Under the pieces are notes generated by a model. It saw only the letters and a list, made by a program, of their open reading frames with translations, had not been told where the DNA came from and searched no databases. A stretch of DNA of 64,000 nucleotides, taken from NCBI GenBank assembly GCA_013265495.1, contig MU058463.1:3061523-3125522 (forward strand). Reading direction: 5' to 3'. The translations under genes and the position numbers were made by a program. This document shows, one piece after another, positions 1 to 13,230 of the stretch; within the stretch, counting starts at the first letter, position 1, and every line of letters begins with the position of its first letter. The DNA comes from Vicugna vicugna. Taxonomy: Eukaryota.

Positions 1-1195
1 ACATGTAAAGAGCACCACTTGGCCCATTGTAAAAGATTGTAAAAACTCAGTGAATATTAGCTACTTTAGCTATCATCAAAACACTTTTTAAAGAGCTAAC
101 AGACTAATTTGGAGATCTTGAAGAATTGGTTGACCTAGGAAAACAGGTTTTAAACCAATGATATCAACATTATTTTAATTAGCAATAAATAATTGCATTG
201 ATAATCAAGCCACACTTTTGGCAATGGTAAGCAGAACCACTTTACCATGGTTGCATTTCAGGCTGATCTGAGACTTACATACAGTAATCAATGTATGTGG
301 ATTCCTTTCTGAAGCCATTTGTGCCTCTTGAAAGGAAAAAAAATGTATCTCTGATGGTCTAGTGTTGGCTATATGTTTTCTTAATGTGAAATGAATGTTT
401 GTGCTTATTATACTAATGTGAGTCTGCCATGCCCTAAAAATTATTACTCCAAATCAGTGGTGTTTGAGCTGTTACTAGTGTGGTTGCTAGTCGATACTGA
501 AATGCATTCATTAGCTCCACATGACAGAAATTGTACCCCACTACAGTTCTTTCTCCTTCTCCTTCTTCTTCTTTTTTTTTTTTTTTCTGGTCAGGCTGAC
601 TGTTCTGCCTTTGGAACAGAATGAGATAATAGTTAAGTGAGCAGACAATGAAGATTTTATAGAACTGGGATAGACTTCCTGCAGCCACACATGGGGTTTT
701 GCTCATTTTGTCAATTTGGTTATATTGTAAAGACATCATCTCTTTTCTGACTGTGATAAAAAAAAATATGTTTTGACAGTCTATATCAATAAAATGACCT
801 CATTATAATGTTAGAACTTTTCAAATTTATTTAAGACCTAGCATCATGAATGGTCTGGTCTTTTAATTCTTATACTTTTTGGATGTATTTTGTCTGCTTC
901 TCTTTATTCCAAATGCTAAGTTTCTGCTGTGAACTGCCTTATAAAAATGAACTTAGGCTTTGGTGGTAGCCAGACATTGGCATTTGCATGTTATTCAGAG
1001 TCTGTTCTTTATCTACTGGATGAATATGTCTCATTAATATGCATTAATACTTGATTTCTTTTCTGTGAAAGAGATGATACAAGTCTTTAGCATTCTTCAC
1101 CCCAAAAGAAAAATCAGGGTATTATTTGTAAGAGAAAATAAAGACAATTATTCGGATAACTTAAGCCCATCTCTCTCAAACTTTGTTGTTAAAAT

Positions 1196-1422
1196 AATAG
1201 TCCCCAACCTGGGGCAATGTTGTTTCACTTAGCACTTGGCAAGGTCTGGAAGCATCGTTTATTGTCAAGTTGGGTGGGAGGAGGGTGTTTGCCACTGGCC
1301 TCTAGTGAGTGGAGTCCAAGGAAGGGGTTAAATATCCCACAATGTACAACATGGCCCCCACAGCAAAGAATTACCATGATCTGGTTCAAAATGTCGATAG
1401 TGCTGAGGTTTAGAAACTGAGG
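1196..1422 (+). mobile_element. MER20 (hAT-Charlie non-autonomous DNA transposon), near full length
   Basis: Colinear with the recalled MER20 consensus: cccaacctggggc...ttggcaaggtctgga...actggcctctagtgagtggag...cccccacagcaaagaatta...aaaatgtcgatagtgctgaggtttagaaac. Confidence 0.85.
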
Positions 1423-3254
1423 TCTAAAATATCCCAGTGTCTCAGTTATTGCTATAAAAGCTAGGGTTTAGATTTTTAAATATTCAAAATATTCAGATAA
1501 GATTCTTAAATATCTATCACCTGCTACCTACAAAGAACTGGACATAATTTTTAAGATATCTTGGTGCAAATTCTATTGACATATTGAGAATTTTTTTTTT
1601 TGGAAAAAGGCTAAACCAAATGAAATAGAAATATATGCATGTTTTTCCTTCAAAGTGATTTTTAAATTGTGAGAATAAGGCTGAAAATTTGAAACCTTAT
1701 TTTTATAAAGCACCTTTTCATTAAAAAATAATCTAGAGAATTCTTTTAGTTCTTTTTTAAAGTCAAAAGATCAGGCAAATATAGAAAATAGAATTTATTT
1801 CCTTTTTCTTTCAAGATGCACTGCTTCTACCTCTTTAAATAAATGCATGCTGTGTAAAGACTGACAATTGAATCCTTTTATCTGATCTCTGAGTATTAGA
1901 TCACTTGGAATTTAAGAAAATACAAGTTACATTGACTCTTAGAAAAACAGCCTATATCATAGAAACACACATGTACACAGAGATATGAATCAACAAAGAA
2001 ACAGAACACCGTCAACCCAGGCCTTTTAGGAAAAGTAGATTTCGATGCTCTAGATATAGATATATTTGCAAACCAAACATAAAATACTCTCCTAGACATT
2101 TTTCCATTGAGCATCCAAGTTGTGTCCAATGTTCCATTTCTAACTCTTAAGTCAATTTATGGGAGGGGTGTGTAAAAGCACTTTAGTGAAGAAAACCAGT
2201 GATCGCAATGCATCAGCATTAAGCGGTAGCGAGGTTATCACTCCGTGAAAAATCACATAAACATTTCACATATAAAATATTATTCATCAGGACAAAACCC
2301 TCTTAGGGGTTGAACAATAACAAAGGTGTCCTGAAACCTTTTTTTTTTTTTGAAAAAATAAAAAAAAATTCACAACTGAGATGGAATCTGTAGTCGTGTA
2401 GTAGGTGGGAGATGAGGATAATTGAGAAGAAAATTAGCAAACCTTAAATATCTGCCTCTGCAATATCATTACCCATAAACTTGCCCTTTTTCTACCCTCT
2501 TTTCCCCAAAGGCTGATGTCTCATATCTGAACTGAGGGAGATGTGTGCTTTCTAACAGCTAAATCAACAAGGTTTCACATGAGTAGTGCTGCGCGGTGTG
2601 GTTGACTGATTTCATGAAAAACTAATCATGTATTCATCATCGAGATCAAACATTTCCCAAGTAATTATCATCCAAACCCAATCTGATAGGACCCGAAGAA
2701 AGCAGCACTACTGATCTAATCAGAGGCTGATCAGAATAGTTCTCTCAGCTTTTGTAAACCTTGGGTTGGAAAGCACGAAACTGAAATTGTATTTTATAAT
2801 TAAGAAAGCTGAAGTTGGCAGGCTGCAATCACTTTCTATCAATCATAACAAGTTTAGCTTGCCTGGTTATTTGCTGGAACATACATTTAAAAGCTGACTT
2901 TTCCTATGTGGTTTTGGGAACTTTTTTTTTTAAATATATAGTACAAGAAAAATGCAAAGAAGTTTTTAAATTAAAATACGAGCCCTTTCTGTACCCACTA
3001 TGAAATAGTGTTGTGTCAATTGCAAAGTTTTCTTATTTTGTGCTGTGCTATTATTCTTTTTCATAAGGGGCTTTTATTATATTGAATTATGTGTCATTAC
3101 AAAATGATTGCTTTTAGAAAATTTTATTTAGTTTTGTGTCTGTGATTATACATTTAGATGAAGAAAAACAGCATAGGATATTGAAATGCTTTACAAAGTG
3201 TTTCCACACATATGACTATGAATGCTTCTTACATGTTTAGTCCTATGTGTAATG

Positions 3255-3390
3255 TCCTTTAGTCTTCAGACAGCTTCATGAGAGAGATCAAGTTATAACC
3301 CCCACTTAAGGAGGAAACCAAGTCAGGGAGAGGCTGTTTCTTGCTCAAGCTCACTAGTAGTAAGTGACAGAGGTGGGACATGACCCCACC
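3255..3390 (-). mobile_element. MIR SINE fragment
   Basis: Antisense MIR core: gaggaaaccaagtcagggagagg...cttgctcaagctcactagtagtaagtgacagaggtggga. Confidence 0.7.
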
Positions 3391-4224
3391 CCAATGAAAA
3401 CTTTCAGACTAAAGGAGGTCCCCTTAGTGCCTCTCTGGCAGTCATTTGATCATAGGGTGACAGTATTTTAAAAAGAACTTCCTGTATGCCAGGGGTTGAG
3501 CTACGCACATTGCATAGGGCTATTGGACCTCCCTGAAGCTCAGGTTTTTAGCTTGTGAAATGGTGATAATAATCTCTATTTTCAGAGTTAACCAAATAGA
3601 GTTAATGTAAGTCAAGGCTTCACTGCACCCACAAAGAGCAGAGAACTTTGATAATTCATTTGTCCTGGATCCAACAGCCAGCAAACAAGGGGTTTATTTT
3701 ATAAGTCAGTTGAACTCCAGATACAAGCTCAAGAGGCTGGCCCAGCTGCTGTCACAATTACTCCACTTTTTGTGGGTGCAAGAGATATCACCAAATCTCC
3801 GGTGGTAGGAACCTGCTCTTCCCAACAGATATGCCACCATCTGGAAGAGTATGCATCACATGAAGTTCAACAAATCAAGTCACATGATTTTTTTCATAAT
3901 ATAAATAATTGGTTTTGAAAATCTAAATATTCACATTTTGTAATTTCTAGTGTGTGCACCCACTGCTCATATTTTATGAGTTCTTATTCATGGTTAGAGA
4001 GGAATTTCCTTAACCTAGAAAGTTTACTTCAATATCCATTTTTCATTTTCTTTCATTTATCATCACAGATCATGAACCAAACTCTCTTCCATATAACCAC
4101 ATTGGTTATTTAATTCCTGTATCAAATTTAGGAGTGTTAATTAAACATCTACTATGTGCCAGACACATAGAAAGTACTTTATATAATTCTTAAAAATTGA
4201 GGTGTATAAAATTGGGAGCTCTTT

Positions 4225-4920
4225 CTAATAGTCAAACTCATAGAAGCAGAGAGTAAAATAGTGGTTGTCAAGGGGTGGGCGAGGGGAGAATAATCGAGGG
4301 GTACAAGTTCCAGTTGTACAATATGAAGATGTTCTGGAGGTTTTGTGTACAGCACAGTGACTGTAGATAACCATATTATGTTGTGACAAGTAAATGTACT
4401 TACAAAACAGAAACAGATTCATAAACATAGAAACGAACTTATGATTACCAAAGGGGAAGAGGGTGGGAAGGGATAAATTAGGAGTATGGGATTAACAGAT
4501 ACACACTGCTATATAAAAAATAGATATATGATAAGAACTTACTGCATAGGACAGGAGACTATAGTCAATTATCCTGTAATAACCTATACTGGAAAAGAAT
4601 CTGAAAAACCATGTATAACTGAATCATTTTTCTGTATACCTGAAACTAACACAACATTGTAAATCGAAAAGACCACGGTTAAAAATCATATTATGTTGTG
4701 TATTTGGAATTTGCTAGGGTGTTCTCACAGCCTGTGTGCGCGTGCGCACACACACACAAAAACACACATGGTGACTATGTGAAGAGATGAGTATGTTAGC
4801 TCGGTTGTGGTGATTATCTCACAATGCATACATATACTAAAGCATAAAGTTGTATACCTTAAATGTATACAATATTTTACTTGTCAGTTATGTATACTTC
4901 AGTAAAGATGAGGAAAAAAG
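4225..4920 (+). mobile_element. Old L1 (L1MA/L1MB-type) 3' end, split by a younger L1 at 4386-4686
   Basis: atagtcaaactcatagaagcagagagtaaaatagtggttg...tacagcacagtgact..., resuming after the insert with tatttggaatttgcta...gttctcac...ttgtataccttaaatgtatacaat...cttcagtaaag plus an A-rich tail. Confidence 0.85.
4386..4686 (+). mobile_element. Cetartiodactyl-type L1 3' UTR fragment (5'-truncated), nested
   Basis: acttacaaaacagaaacagattcataaacatagaa...gggataaattaggagtatgggattaacagatacacact...tataactgaatca...tgtatacctgaaactaacacaacattgtaaatc; flanked by TSD catattatgttgtg at 4372-4385 and 4687-4700. Confidence 0.9.
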
Positions 4921-5490
4921 AATGAGTCTCTTGACCAAAGTGCAGTTCTACTCATACAGGTGATATTAAAAAAAAAAAAACTAGTTGGAAAGTTGTCCTA
5001 TTAACAGAGACAAATATATTTTCTTTATATTTCACTTGTTTCAAATTTATTAATTTTGAGAAAATCACAAATGCACAAATCTTTGAAGCCATGACTGACA
5101 AATAGAAACATACGCTTTCACTCTCAAAGTCCTTTAAACTCAAGTTGGGCTCCATGGGATGGGGTCAGTTCCACACACTTCACCTTAGGTCACCTTTTAC
5201 CCAAAAGGTATTTTTGCCTCTTCACAAAATAAACCAGCTACTGACTGAGAAAGTCCTTTTTCTGGTTGCATCATGTGTTAATGGCTATCATCCACAGAGA
5301 TCAAAGAGCCTACTGGTTTCTCCACCAGTTAGACGGGTAAAAACACTTTTCCTTTGGTAGATAGTTCTTGTATATTTGATCCATGGTTTATGGCTCTAAT
5401 TGAATTTTAGTTGAATAGAAAAGTTCTTCCTGAGGCTGAATTATTTAAGTATGTCTAGAATATATTCATATCCCTCAAAGGCAACACTTG

Positions 5491-5572
5491 TTTTGATTTT
5501 GATAAACATATTTAATGCATAGCAATAATGTTTTTGATTTTGATAAACATATTTAATGCATAGCAGTAATGT
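5491..5572. repeat. Tandem duplication, 2 x 41 bp with 1 mismatch
   Basis: ttttgattttgataaacatatttaatgcatagca(a/g)taatgt at 5491-5531 and 5532-5572. Confidence 0.95.
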
Positions 5573-7366
5573 TAATGTATTCTTAGCAAAAAGCATCACT
5601 TAGAGTATTACCCCTGAAATACTTCTGAGCATAAAATGATTAATTATATGGAATGATTAACTAATATTAATTAAAATAATTTAAATTGCCATTACAGAGT
5701 GTATATTTTAAAGTGCTGTCTTTCAATTTAATTTTAGATTTTTAAGCCTGCTTTTTAAATTCCAGTTTTCTCCAGATTTCCTTTTAGATGGTTATCTGTG
5801 GGTTTCAAAACATCTGGAAACAGTTCAGACCTTATAAAAGGTCTAAGTATTATTATTCTCAACAGATGTGATGTGGTGATTGTTACCTGACAGACCAGAA
5901 CATCTAATGGGTATCAGTAGTTGGTTTTATCCACACACATTCATTCCACCTAACCACTGTTTTGAGTCTCCAGTAATGTACATTGCTATCATGGTAATGA
6001 ACAAAGGGAACCCAGAGAGAAACACTGAATATATTTGTAACTAAGAAATTTCAAGAACACTAACTCTTGTGATCATAGACCATCTTAAAGAACAGTTTTA
6101 GAGGTACACATGTAGAAGAGTAACTTTACCTAAATCGTCCAAATGTTTGGCCTCTGAAATAATGAAAACGTATATTTATTAATATTTGAAAAAATCTATA
6201 AAAAGGAAACTATATGTTAGATGAGACATTTTTAGATATATGATGGTGTCCAGTTTATATACTGGAGCCATTGCAACACGAAAGCAACAGAGTGTGGTTT
6301 TGAAAATGACTCAGTGGATCATGGCCATTTTTGTCTACCCTACAAAAGCAGAAAAGTCGGTGAATTTCTAAAGCGTTTGTGATAATTACATGAATCGGCC
6401 CCTTTCAATTGGGCTTTGGAATGCTGCCGATACTTTGTGTAACTTTTCACTGCCATTTTATTCTCATCCATTCATCTGAAAATGGACATTCTTCTTGCTT
6501 AATGCAATACTCATCAACACGTGCAGATAAAAAGGTTGTTAGAACTCTCATCCCTTTTGCATCAAGAGATTATAAACTGAAGTATATTCACAAAGAGGAA
6601 CAAGGTACAAATCTCTACAGGCTGCTGTGGGGATAACTGTAGGACTTACGCTGTGTACATATGGCTTTGTAAATGTCTCATCTGTTTAATTCTTTTGAAT
6701 TACAACGCACAGCTTCAACTTCTTTCAATTTGCTTTCCAGCGTTTATTTTTTGCTTGAAATCATTTAACAACACTGTAGCTCTGGCTATGGTAGAATAGC
6801 TGTGTTTTCTCTGTGGTGTTCCCAAGTGCTCCCTTTCATTACAGACATCTGCATAACTGAACACACCAGAGACTGGTCCAAGGCTGTGGGGACCAACTAC
6901 AAGCAAAAATAAGACAAACAACAGGGGAAGATTTAAAATCCGCATATGCCAGAAGGAATACAAGTGGTAGATGATTCTCTGGGGTGTGAAAAAAGCTCTC
7001 CAAGAAATATACATGACCACGAAAAGGATGGGGGAGGGCGGGAGGCAGGTGGCAAGGGGAGAAGCCCATGAACATTGGCAAATTGGAAGAACCCTAATGC
7101 AAAACGTGAGCAGCAACAACACAGGTTCGTATTACAAAGGAAAAATATACAGAAAAGGGGAAAGAGGCAGGACTGCTGAGACAAAATGGTAAAACACGTG
7201 AGCCAGCCTTGAAAGAGGCTTTGGAAATACTGAGGTGATACAGTGGTGCAAAGAAACAGTAGATAAAGCAAAATAGAAGTAGCACAGTGCTTTCATCCTC
7301 TTTAAATCTCTAAACAAGAGCATCATCAAAGTGGTGTAAAAAGGTAACTAGAGGTTTCTGCCTCGA

Positions 7367-7418
7367 TTTTTTTTAATTAAAAACAAATGTTTTATTGAAG
7401 TACAGTCAACTACAATGT
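7367..7418 (-). mobile_element. Very short L1 3' terminal fragment
   Basis: T-rich run followed by ttttattgaagtacagtcaactacaatgt, the antisense L1 3' terminus seen in cetartiodactyls. Confidence 0.55.
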
Positions 7419-8237
7419 AGAAGTGGTTTTTGCCATATTAATGTAATTCATTAATTTTTTAAAAATTATTTTTATACTATATTAAAAGTGATTTCTTAGG
7501 ATTTCACTATAAAATAAAATATATGGGGAAAATTTTTAAGCAAATCCAAATTTCTTCTAGGAAATATGAGAAAATTTCTAGCCAGTGTTCAACTCTAATT
7601 ATCTGATGGAATTTTAGTTGAAACTCTACAGTGTATTTTACTTTTCATGGATGTCGGTTGGAGACATTCAGAACATTCTGTTTATGGGGTAAATTAGGTT
7701 TTAGTCCATGTGAAATACTTTAGATACTTTAAAGTTTATCCATAGATGTTGTGTAGAACTTCTCAGGGAGGGCCTTTCAGGCTGGGATTTTGAGTAACAT
7801 TGTTTCTGTCCACTGGGGTTTCCTTACCCGTGTATCTACCACCTTTTAAAACTGTATCTTAATTTTAAGGCTTTCATTACAAACTGGGAAACAAGATGAA
7901 TAAATCAACCCATCAACACATATTGCCAGACACAGCAGAACATTCGAAAGCCTGTGTGAAACAACAGGGAAGTCTGCATGACACTAGGAAGAGTTCATTA
8001 TTGGTTAGAGCTGTTGAAAAGAAATTCATATAAATCACACATATTCATGGTTAAAACCACATGCATTGTAGTTGGCACTCCCCAGGGTAAAGCTGAAAAG
8101 TCCTTTTGTTTTTAGACTTCATCTAAGAAAACTGACATTTATTTTAAATTATATATATTTGCATGGCAAGTCGTTTGGAAAAATCTTCTCCAAAATCTTT
8201 ACAGTAATGACCTCTGGGTAGTAAAATTTCAACTGCT

Positions 8238-8420
8238 ATTTATTTATTTTTTTTAATTGCGATATAGTCAGTTTACATTGTGTCAATTTCTGGTGTACAG
8301 CATAATGTTTCAGTCATGCATATATATACATATATTCATTTCCATATTCTTTTTCACTATAGGTTACTACAAGGTATTGAATATAGTTTCCTGTGCTATA
8401 CAGAAGAAAATTGTTGTTAA
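8238..8420 (-). mobile_element. Lineage-specific L1 3' end (camelid/cetartiodactyl type)
   Basis: T-rich tail, then atatagtcagtttacattgtgtcaatttctggtgtacagcat...attctttttcactataggttactacaaggtattgaatatagtttcctgtgctatacag. Confidence 0.85.
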
Positions 8421-8507
8421 ACCTGAAAAGTCTTAACTGAATTGCTTTCATATTTGATTTTAGCCCTGGATAGCCAAAACACAAACCACAGGAAGATCCA
8501 CCCTGAA

Positions 8508-8534
8508 ATATATATATGTGTATATATACATATA

Positions 8535-8566
<32 letters not shown>
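8508..8566. repeat. Compound (TA)n/(TG)11 microsatellite
   Basis: atatatatatgtgtatatatacatata(tg)11tatatatata read directly. Confidence 0.95.
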
Positions 8567-10519
8567 ATGGCTTTTAGCTGCCTCTTCTTTTAAGCAGTAG
8601 GTACCAAATTTACATAAGTATGTCCTATTGGTAAAAATAGGAAGTTGTCTTTTCAGAAGTTACCATCTCTGACTTCTATAGTTTTACACTAACCTCAGTA
8701 AGCACAGCCCTTAGACAGCATCCTTTGCCACAGGAAACTTAATTCAAAAACTTCAATGTCTTTAGATCACCCACACTCAGAATCACTGATGTGCATTATT
8801 TAATATCTTAATTTATATCATCTGTGACTAAGAGATTTGGAAACAGCTTAGCTTGCTTTGCCCAGTACTGGACACTGCTGAGAGCTAGTGTCTTGACTTA
8901 ACATTTTTGGGAAAATGAAGAAATTCAGACTTGGTCAAGAGTATGTACAGCATTCCCTTTCATTATCTGTTTTTTCTACTTACTTCATTTCAGTAAGAGG
9001 GGAAAAAGTTTTCAGAAGTGTATTTTTGTGGAGCACTAGATTTTCATTTTATTAAGATTTTACATAGCTATTGGCATCTGCAGTGTGCTTGACTGTCATC
9101 TATTGGTAATTAGTTACTTAATTAGATTTGGATGATACAAAAGCTTTTCCACTGGGGTCACTCTCCTGCCTAAATGATCATTCCTGAAAAGATGGCATAT
9201 GAAACAGAAATTATATTAAGTTCTGTAATACTTATCGGAACCAGAAAAAGCTCCTTCTTGAAAATAACACCAGTTTATTTTATGACCTATAACCATTTCA
9301 AATGATCTGAAAAGTAAGACAAAATGGTGCCTATTGACAGTCTGATCATAATGTATTTTTTCCAAGTCACAAATTGAACCCCAAACCCACTTGGTAGTTA
9401 TTCTTTATTTTATTTAAATCAAACAGTTGCTGGACACCATGTTCCATCTGTTATCCTTTGCTTTTTAAGTAATTATCTAGATACTTAAAAAAAGGTTTTT
9501 TTAAATTGCTTTTCTGCATTTCATAGGTAGGAAAACTGAGATCAAGTTGGCTGAAATCCTATATCCCCTAGCCATTCATGTGTTAAAAAAGAGGGGTTAA
9601 AATTTTAGGTTCCCTGATCGCCAGTTCATAAGTGAATAAACATACAAAGGAAACATGCTGGATGTCCTAACATGGATTATGGTGACAAAGCTTGTTTTTT
9701 TTTTTGATTAACTGTTAATGTTTCTGCTTTATTACCTGAATTTGCAGGTCTTAAGGATAGGAAAGATTTACCAAGGAAGTAAGTATAGCTGAGCAGGTCA
9801 GAATTCAGGTATTTTCTATGAATATACAAAAACAGAAGAAAGGACCACAATTTCCTGACAGTTGTCTGAGCCCAGATGAGAGAGCTCATTCCTGAATAGC
9901 CAGGTTGGCCTCAGACATATGCCTAAGTGGGACCCAGACTTCAGGACACCTGTGCCATCACCTGTTTTTATTCTTTTCCACTTTCTAATTTTGAAATTCA
10001 ACTGCTGCTGTTGCTCTGAGAGTCAGTGGTATTTGATGCCCTCAGTCATCTGGGTTTTCCCCTGCCTATCACAGAAATGAAGGAGTAATTCTCATTTTCC
10101 ACAATCCTCCCACTTCTGCCCTACCACATACCACCTCACCCCGCCATACTGGTTTTCAGGAGCAACAACTGTTTATTGTTTACTTTCTATGTGCCAACTG
10201 GTCAGTGCTAAATTGATGTTCTTCTAACTTCTTTGTGGGTAGCTGGCTTCACCCACTCTTCTCACTTTCAGTGGGATAAGAAACTGGCAGGGCTATTGAT
10301 CATTCAGTTGGATTTATTCATCTAAGAATTCTCACTTGAATTTTCCCTTAGGTAGTGCTGGAGGGAAGGCTTGGTCCACTCAGGGTCCTTGGAATCATGG
10401 GAGGTGAGGTGAGCAGTGAAATTGTAAGAAGAGACCATGATAGCTGTCAGGCTGTATTGCCATAGAAATACGCAGGCAACTTCATCGCTGAGCTTCTGGT
10501 GCAGCAGGATGAGTGTGAT

Positions 10520-10745
10520 CCTGGAGCTGGAAAGACCAGGAGATGAACCTAGGTGCTGCTACTTTCTGGCTGAGCAATCTTGGGTGAGATTCATGTAAAC
10601 TTTCTCAGCCTCAGCTTCCTTATCTCTAAATGAGGCTGGGACTGTCTGTTTTGCAGGTGTTTGTGAGAATTAAATTAGATAATCTATGTTAAATTCAATA
10701 TCTCCTACACTGTGAGAGCTCAGTAAATTAGGGAGCTATTATTTT
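10520..10745 (+). mobile_element. MIR SINE, near full length
   Basis: ctggagc...gctactttctggctgagcaatcttggg...ctcagcctcagcttccttatctctaaatgag...gtgagaattaaattagataat...ctcagtaaat...agctattatt. Confidence 0.8.
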
Positions 10746-10764
10746 TGTCCATGTTGCTTATCTC

Positions 10765-10882
10765 CTTTTTAGATTCTGAGGTCTTTAAACACAGGGACCA
10801 TGCATGTGCCTTCTTTTATTCCCATGAGTCTAGCAAATTAGGAGCAGAATGGCTTCCCAGTGAATGTTTATTCAATGAATGG
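10765..10882 (+). mobile_element. L2 3' end
   Basis: tagattctgagg...cagggaccatg...gaatgtttattcaatgaatg, the typical L2 terminus. Confidence 0.7.
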
Positions 10883-12289
10883 GGTTATTTACTCAGAAGA
10901 GTAGCAGCCAAGAGATCAAATCCTTGCTTGGCTCAGGAGCAACAAGATGCCAAGTCTTGATGCTTATTCTGGAGTGTCTTTTCTTTTTGATGGTTTTTAG
11001 GTTTGTACCAAAAGAACAATTAGACATGCATGCTGTGTTTTTTGCACTATTGCTTCTTTCTGTTGAGCTGCAGAATGAGAGTATTAGTTTTCACAGATGC
11101 TGCAAGCTCTTAAAATGACATGATATATTGTGTGTCACCGAATGGGGCTTTAGGGTTTGCCTTGTTTTATTCAAGTATACTTATTAAGGGGAAAAAAATG
11201 AGCTGCTTGGAGACTTCACTTTCTAGGTTTCTGAGATAGATATAAAGATATAATCTCACCTTTTTGTATCATCTTCTGGCAATCTCAGAGTGTTGAAGGT
11301 GGGCTGGGGGTTGCAGGAGTCTACCCCGGCGTGTCACTATAGACACTGAGGCGGTATGTATGTGGATACACTGGGAAAGCAAAACATACATACACACTCA
11401 CATGTGTACACACAGCATCAGTTCTCACCTACTTTCTTTAATAAGGAATTTATTGTATTTCCCTACAGTGGACAAACGATCTCAGAGATAGTCAGTACGT
11501 TATCACTGTATCAAGGAGAAAGCCAGTCATGATTAGCTTTACTCTGTGTGGTGGAATTATTTCTCATGTGTGTGAAAGCAAGAGAAAAGGGGGCATATAC
11601 TGGCCCTTGCTAATAACTGAATGAATCTGGGAAGTTAGTCAGCAAGACAATGGAGAAGTTAAGAATCATGGCAAGTTGCTCCCTCTGGGCAGGTGAACAT
11701 GGCCATTTTCTGGAGTCCAGCTTTGATACATTATACGGCTAATTGATATGCTCCTATTTCATAGATGGGTGTGTGAAGGCGACTGTCCTGGGGTGGACAT
11801 CTCTCTCGCTAAGAGTAAGGCTCTCCTCTCCCCAGAGGGATGCAATGGGCAGCGCTAGACACCAGCTGCAGCTACACAGCCCTAGGGAGATGTGTCACTG
11901 GTGCTGGTCTGCAGGACTCGGCTCTGGGAACGCTCCAGACCTCCACCATGGCCAAGAATGTGAGCCCAGCCTGCTCCACTCTGGGCAGCAGCCTCCAAAA
12001 ATCTGCAGCTCCACTGTCTGCTGAAAAGCCAGCAGGTAACTGGCACCCCACTGAGCAGACAGTGCCGAGAATGCCGTGGGCTCCACAAGCCCCACAGGGT
12101 CTGGGCCTGGGCAGCTTTGGCAAGGGGTCCTCTGGGGAGTGGGGTCTGGAGCTGTGAGAGCATAATCACACAGAAGTGGAAATTGCTTCCTTCATTAGCA
12201 GCACGGCACTCAACGTCATCTTTTAAGCTCCTGCTTATCCTATTCAGGGTGGAAGCTCTGTTTTTTGGAGACCATGAAAAATGCAAGCT

Positions 12290-12560
12290 TCATTGAACGT
12301 CTTTAGGTGCCAGGCTCAGTGCTAGGGACTTGTGTTAAGTACACCGAGGCAGAGGGGCCTGGCAGGGAGAGCATTCCAGCTTGTGTGGTTTCAGTCACAC
12401 ACCATAGACAAGGCTACCCACAGTTTTCTCATAGGACAGGAAGCATGTGAGCAGTGCTGTGGCTCATGCGGATTGATGAGGCCAAGTGCACGCGTGTTGA
12501 TTATGAAGGATGATGTGCAGCTGAGATCTCACCAATGCTTGTTGAGGGACTTGTCTCTTG
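12290..12560 (-). mobile_element. L2 fragment
   Basis: cattgaacgtctttaggtgccaggctcagtgctaggg...agcattccagcttgtgtgg...gcagctgagatct. Confidence 0.6.
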
Positions 12561-12729
12561 CTTGAGAGCATTTAGATGTGGGCTGCCAACGGCCCCCCTA
12601 GAAAACAAAAGGACCTGGCAGAATAGTGATTGGACAGAAATTTATGGGTCGGGTTCTAATTCTACCCTGTAATGCACTTTCTGTTCTTGTCTCCAGCTCT
12701 GGGGAGGGAGATGTATACAGCATTTTCAG

Positions 12730-13230
12730 GGGAGGCAGAATACTGTAGGATTTAAAAGCAGCCAAGGGTCAGCTCCTTCCTCTGTGAAATGAGGACATTG
12801 AAAATCTCCACCTCATACTGGGTTATGAGTTTCAGAGAGATAATGTGTGCTGACGGCTTAGCACAATGCTTGGTACGTTTTAAGTGTTCAATAAATGGTA
12901 ACTATTTAAGTTTTTAAAAATTGTAGTCTCTAGCTTTGAAATTGCAAAAACCTCAACTCCAGTCCCAGCTTTGCCCTTTACTGGTTGTGTGGTCCTGGCA
13001 AGTTCCCTCTCTAAGCATTGGCTTCATAATCTATAACATGTGAATAATATTAGTACACATTTCCTAGAGATACGACAAGGATTAAAGTGCTATAAAATCA
13101 TGAACCAATGGGAAAAATAATAGTGCATATCACATAATAAGACTGTAAATATTAAAATGATATAAAATACAAGAGGGTCTGGCATCTTGTGAACACTCAA
13201 TAAAGAGTAACTACTATTAACTATTATTAG
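12730..13230 (+). mobile_element. Two adjacent MIR SINEs (about 12730-12905 and 12925-13230)
   Basis: tctgtgaaatgagg...cttagcacaatgcttggtac...tcaataaatggtaactatt; and cccagctttgccctttactggttgtgtggtcctggcaagtt...cactcaataaagagtaactactatta. Confidence 0.75.

Noticed and set aside
6715..7329. Cluster of hydrophobic minus-strand ORFs (up to 135 aa)
   Set aside because: The + strand is purine-rich, so the minus strand yields Leu/Phe/Ser-rich open frames. No homology recognised.
11743..12286. GC-richer patch with five overlapping ORFs
   Set aside because: ORFs on both strands are expected from stop-codon scarcity at higher GC. No CpG island, recognisable domain or convincing splice pair.
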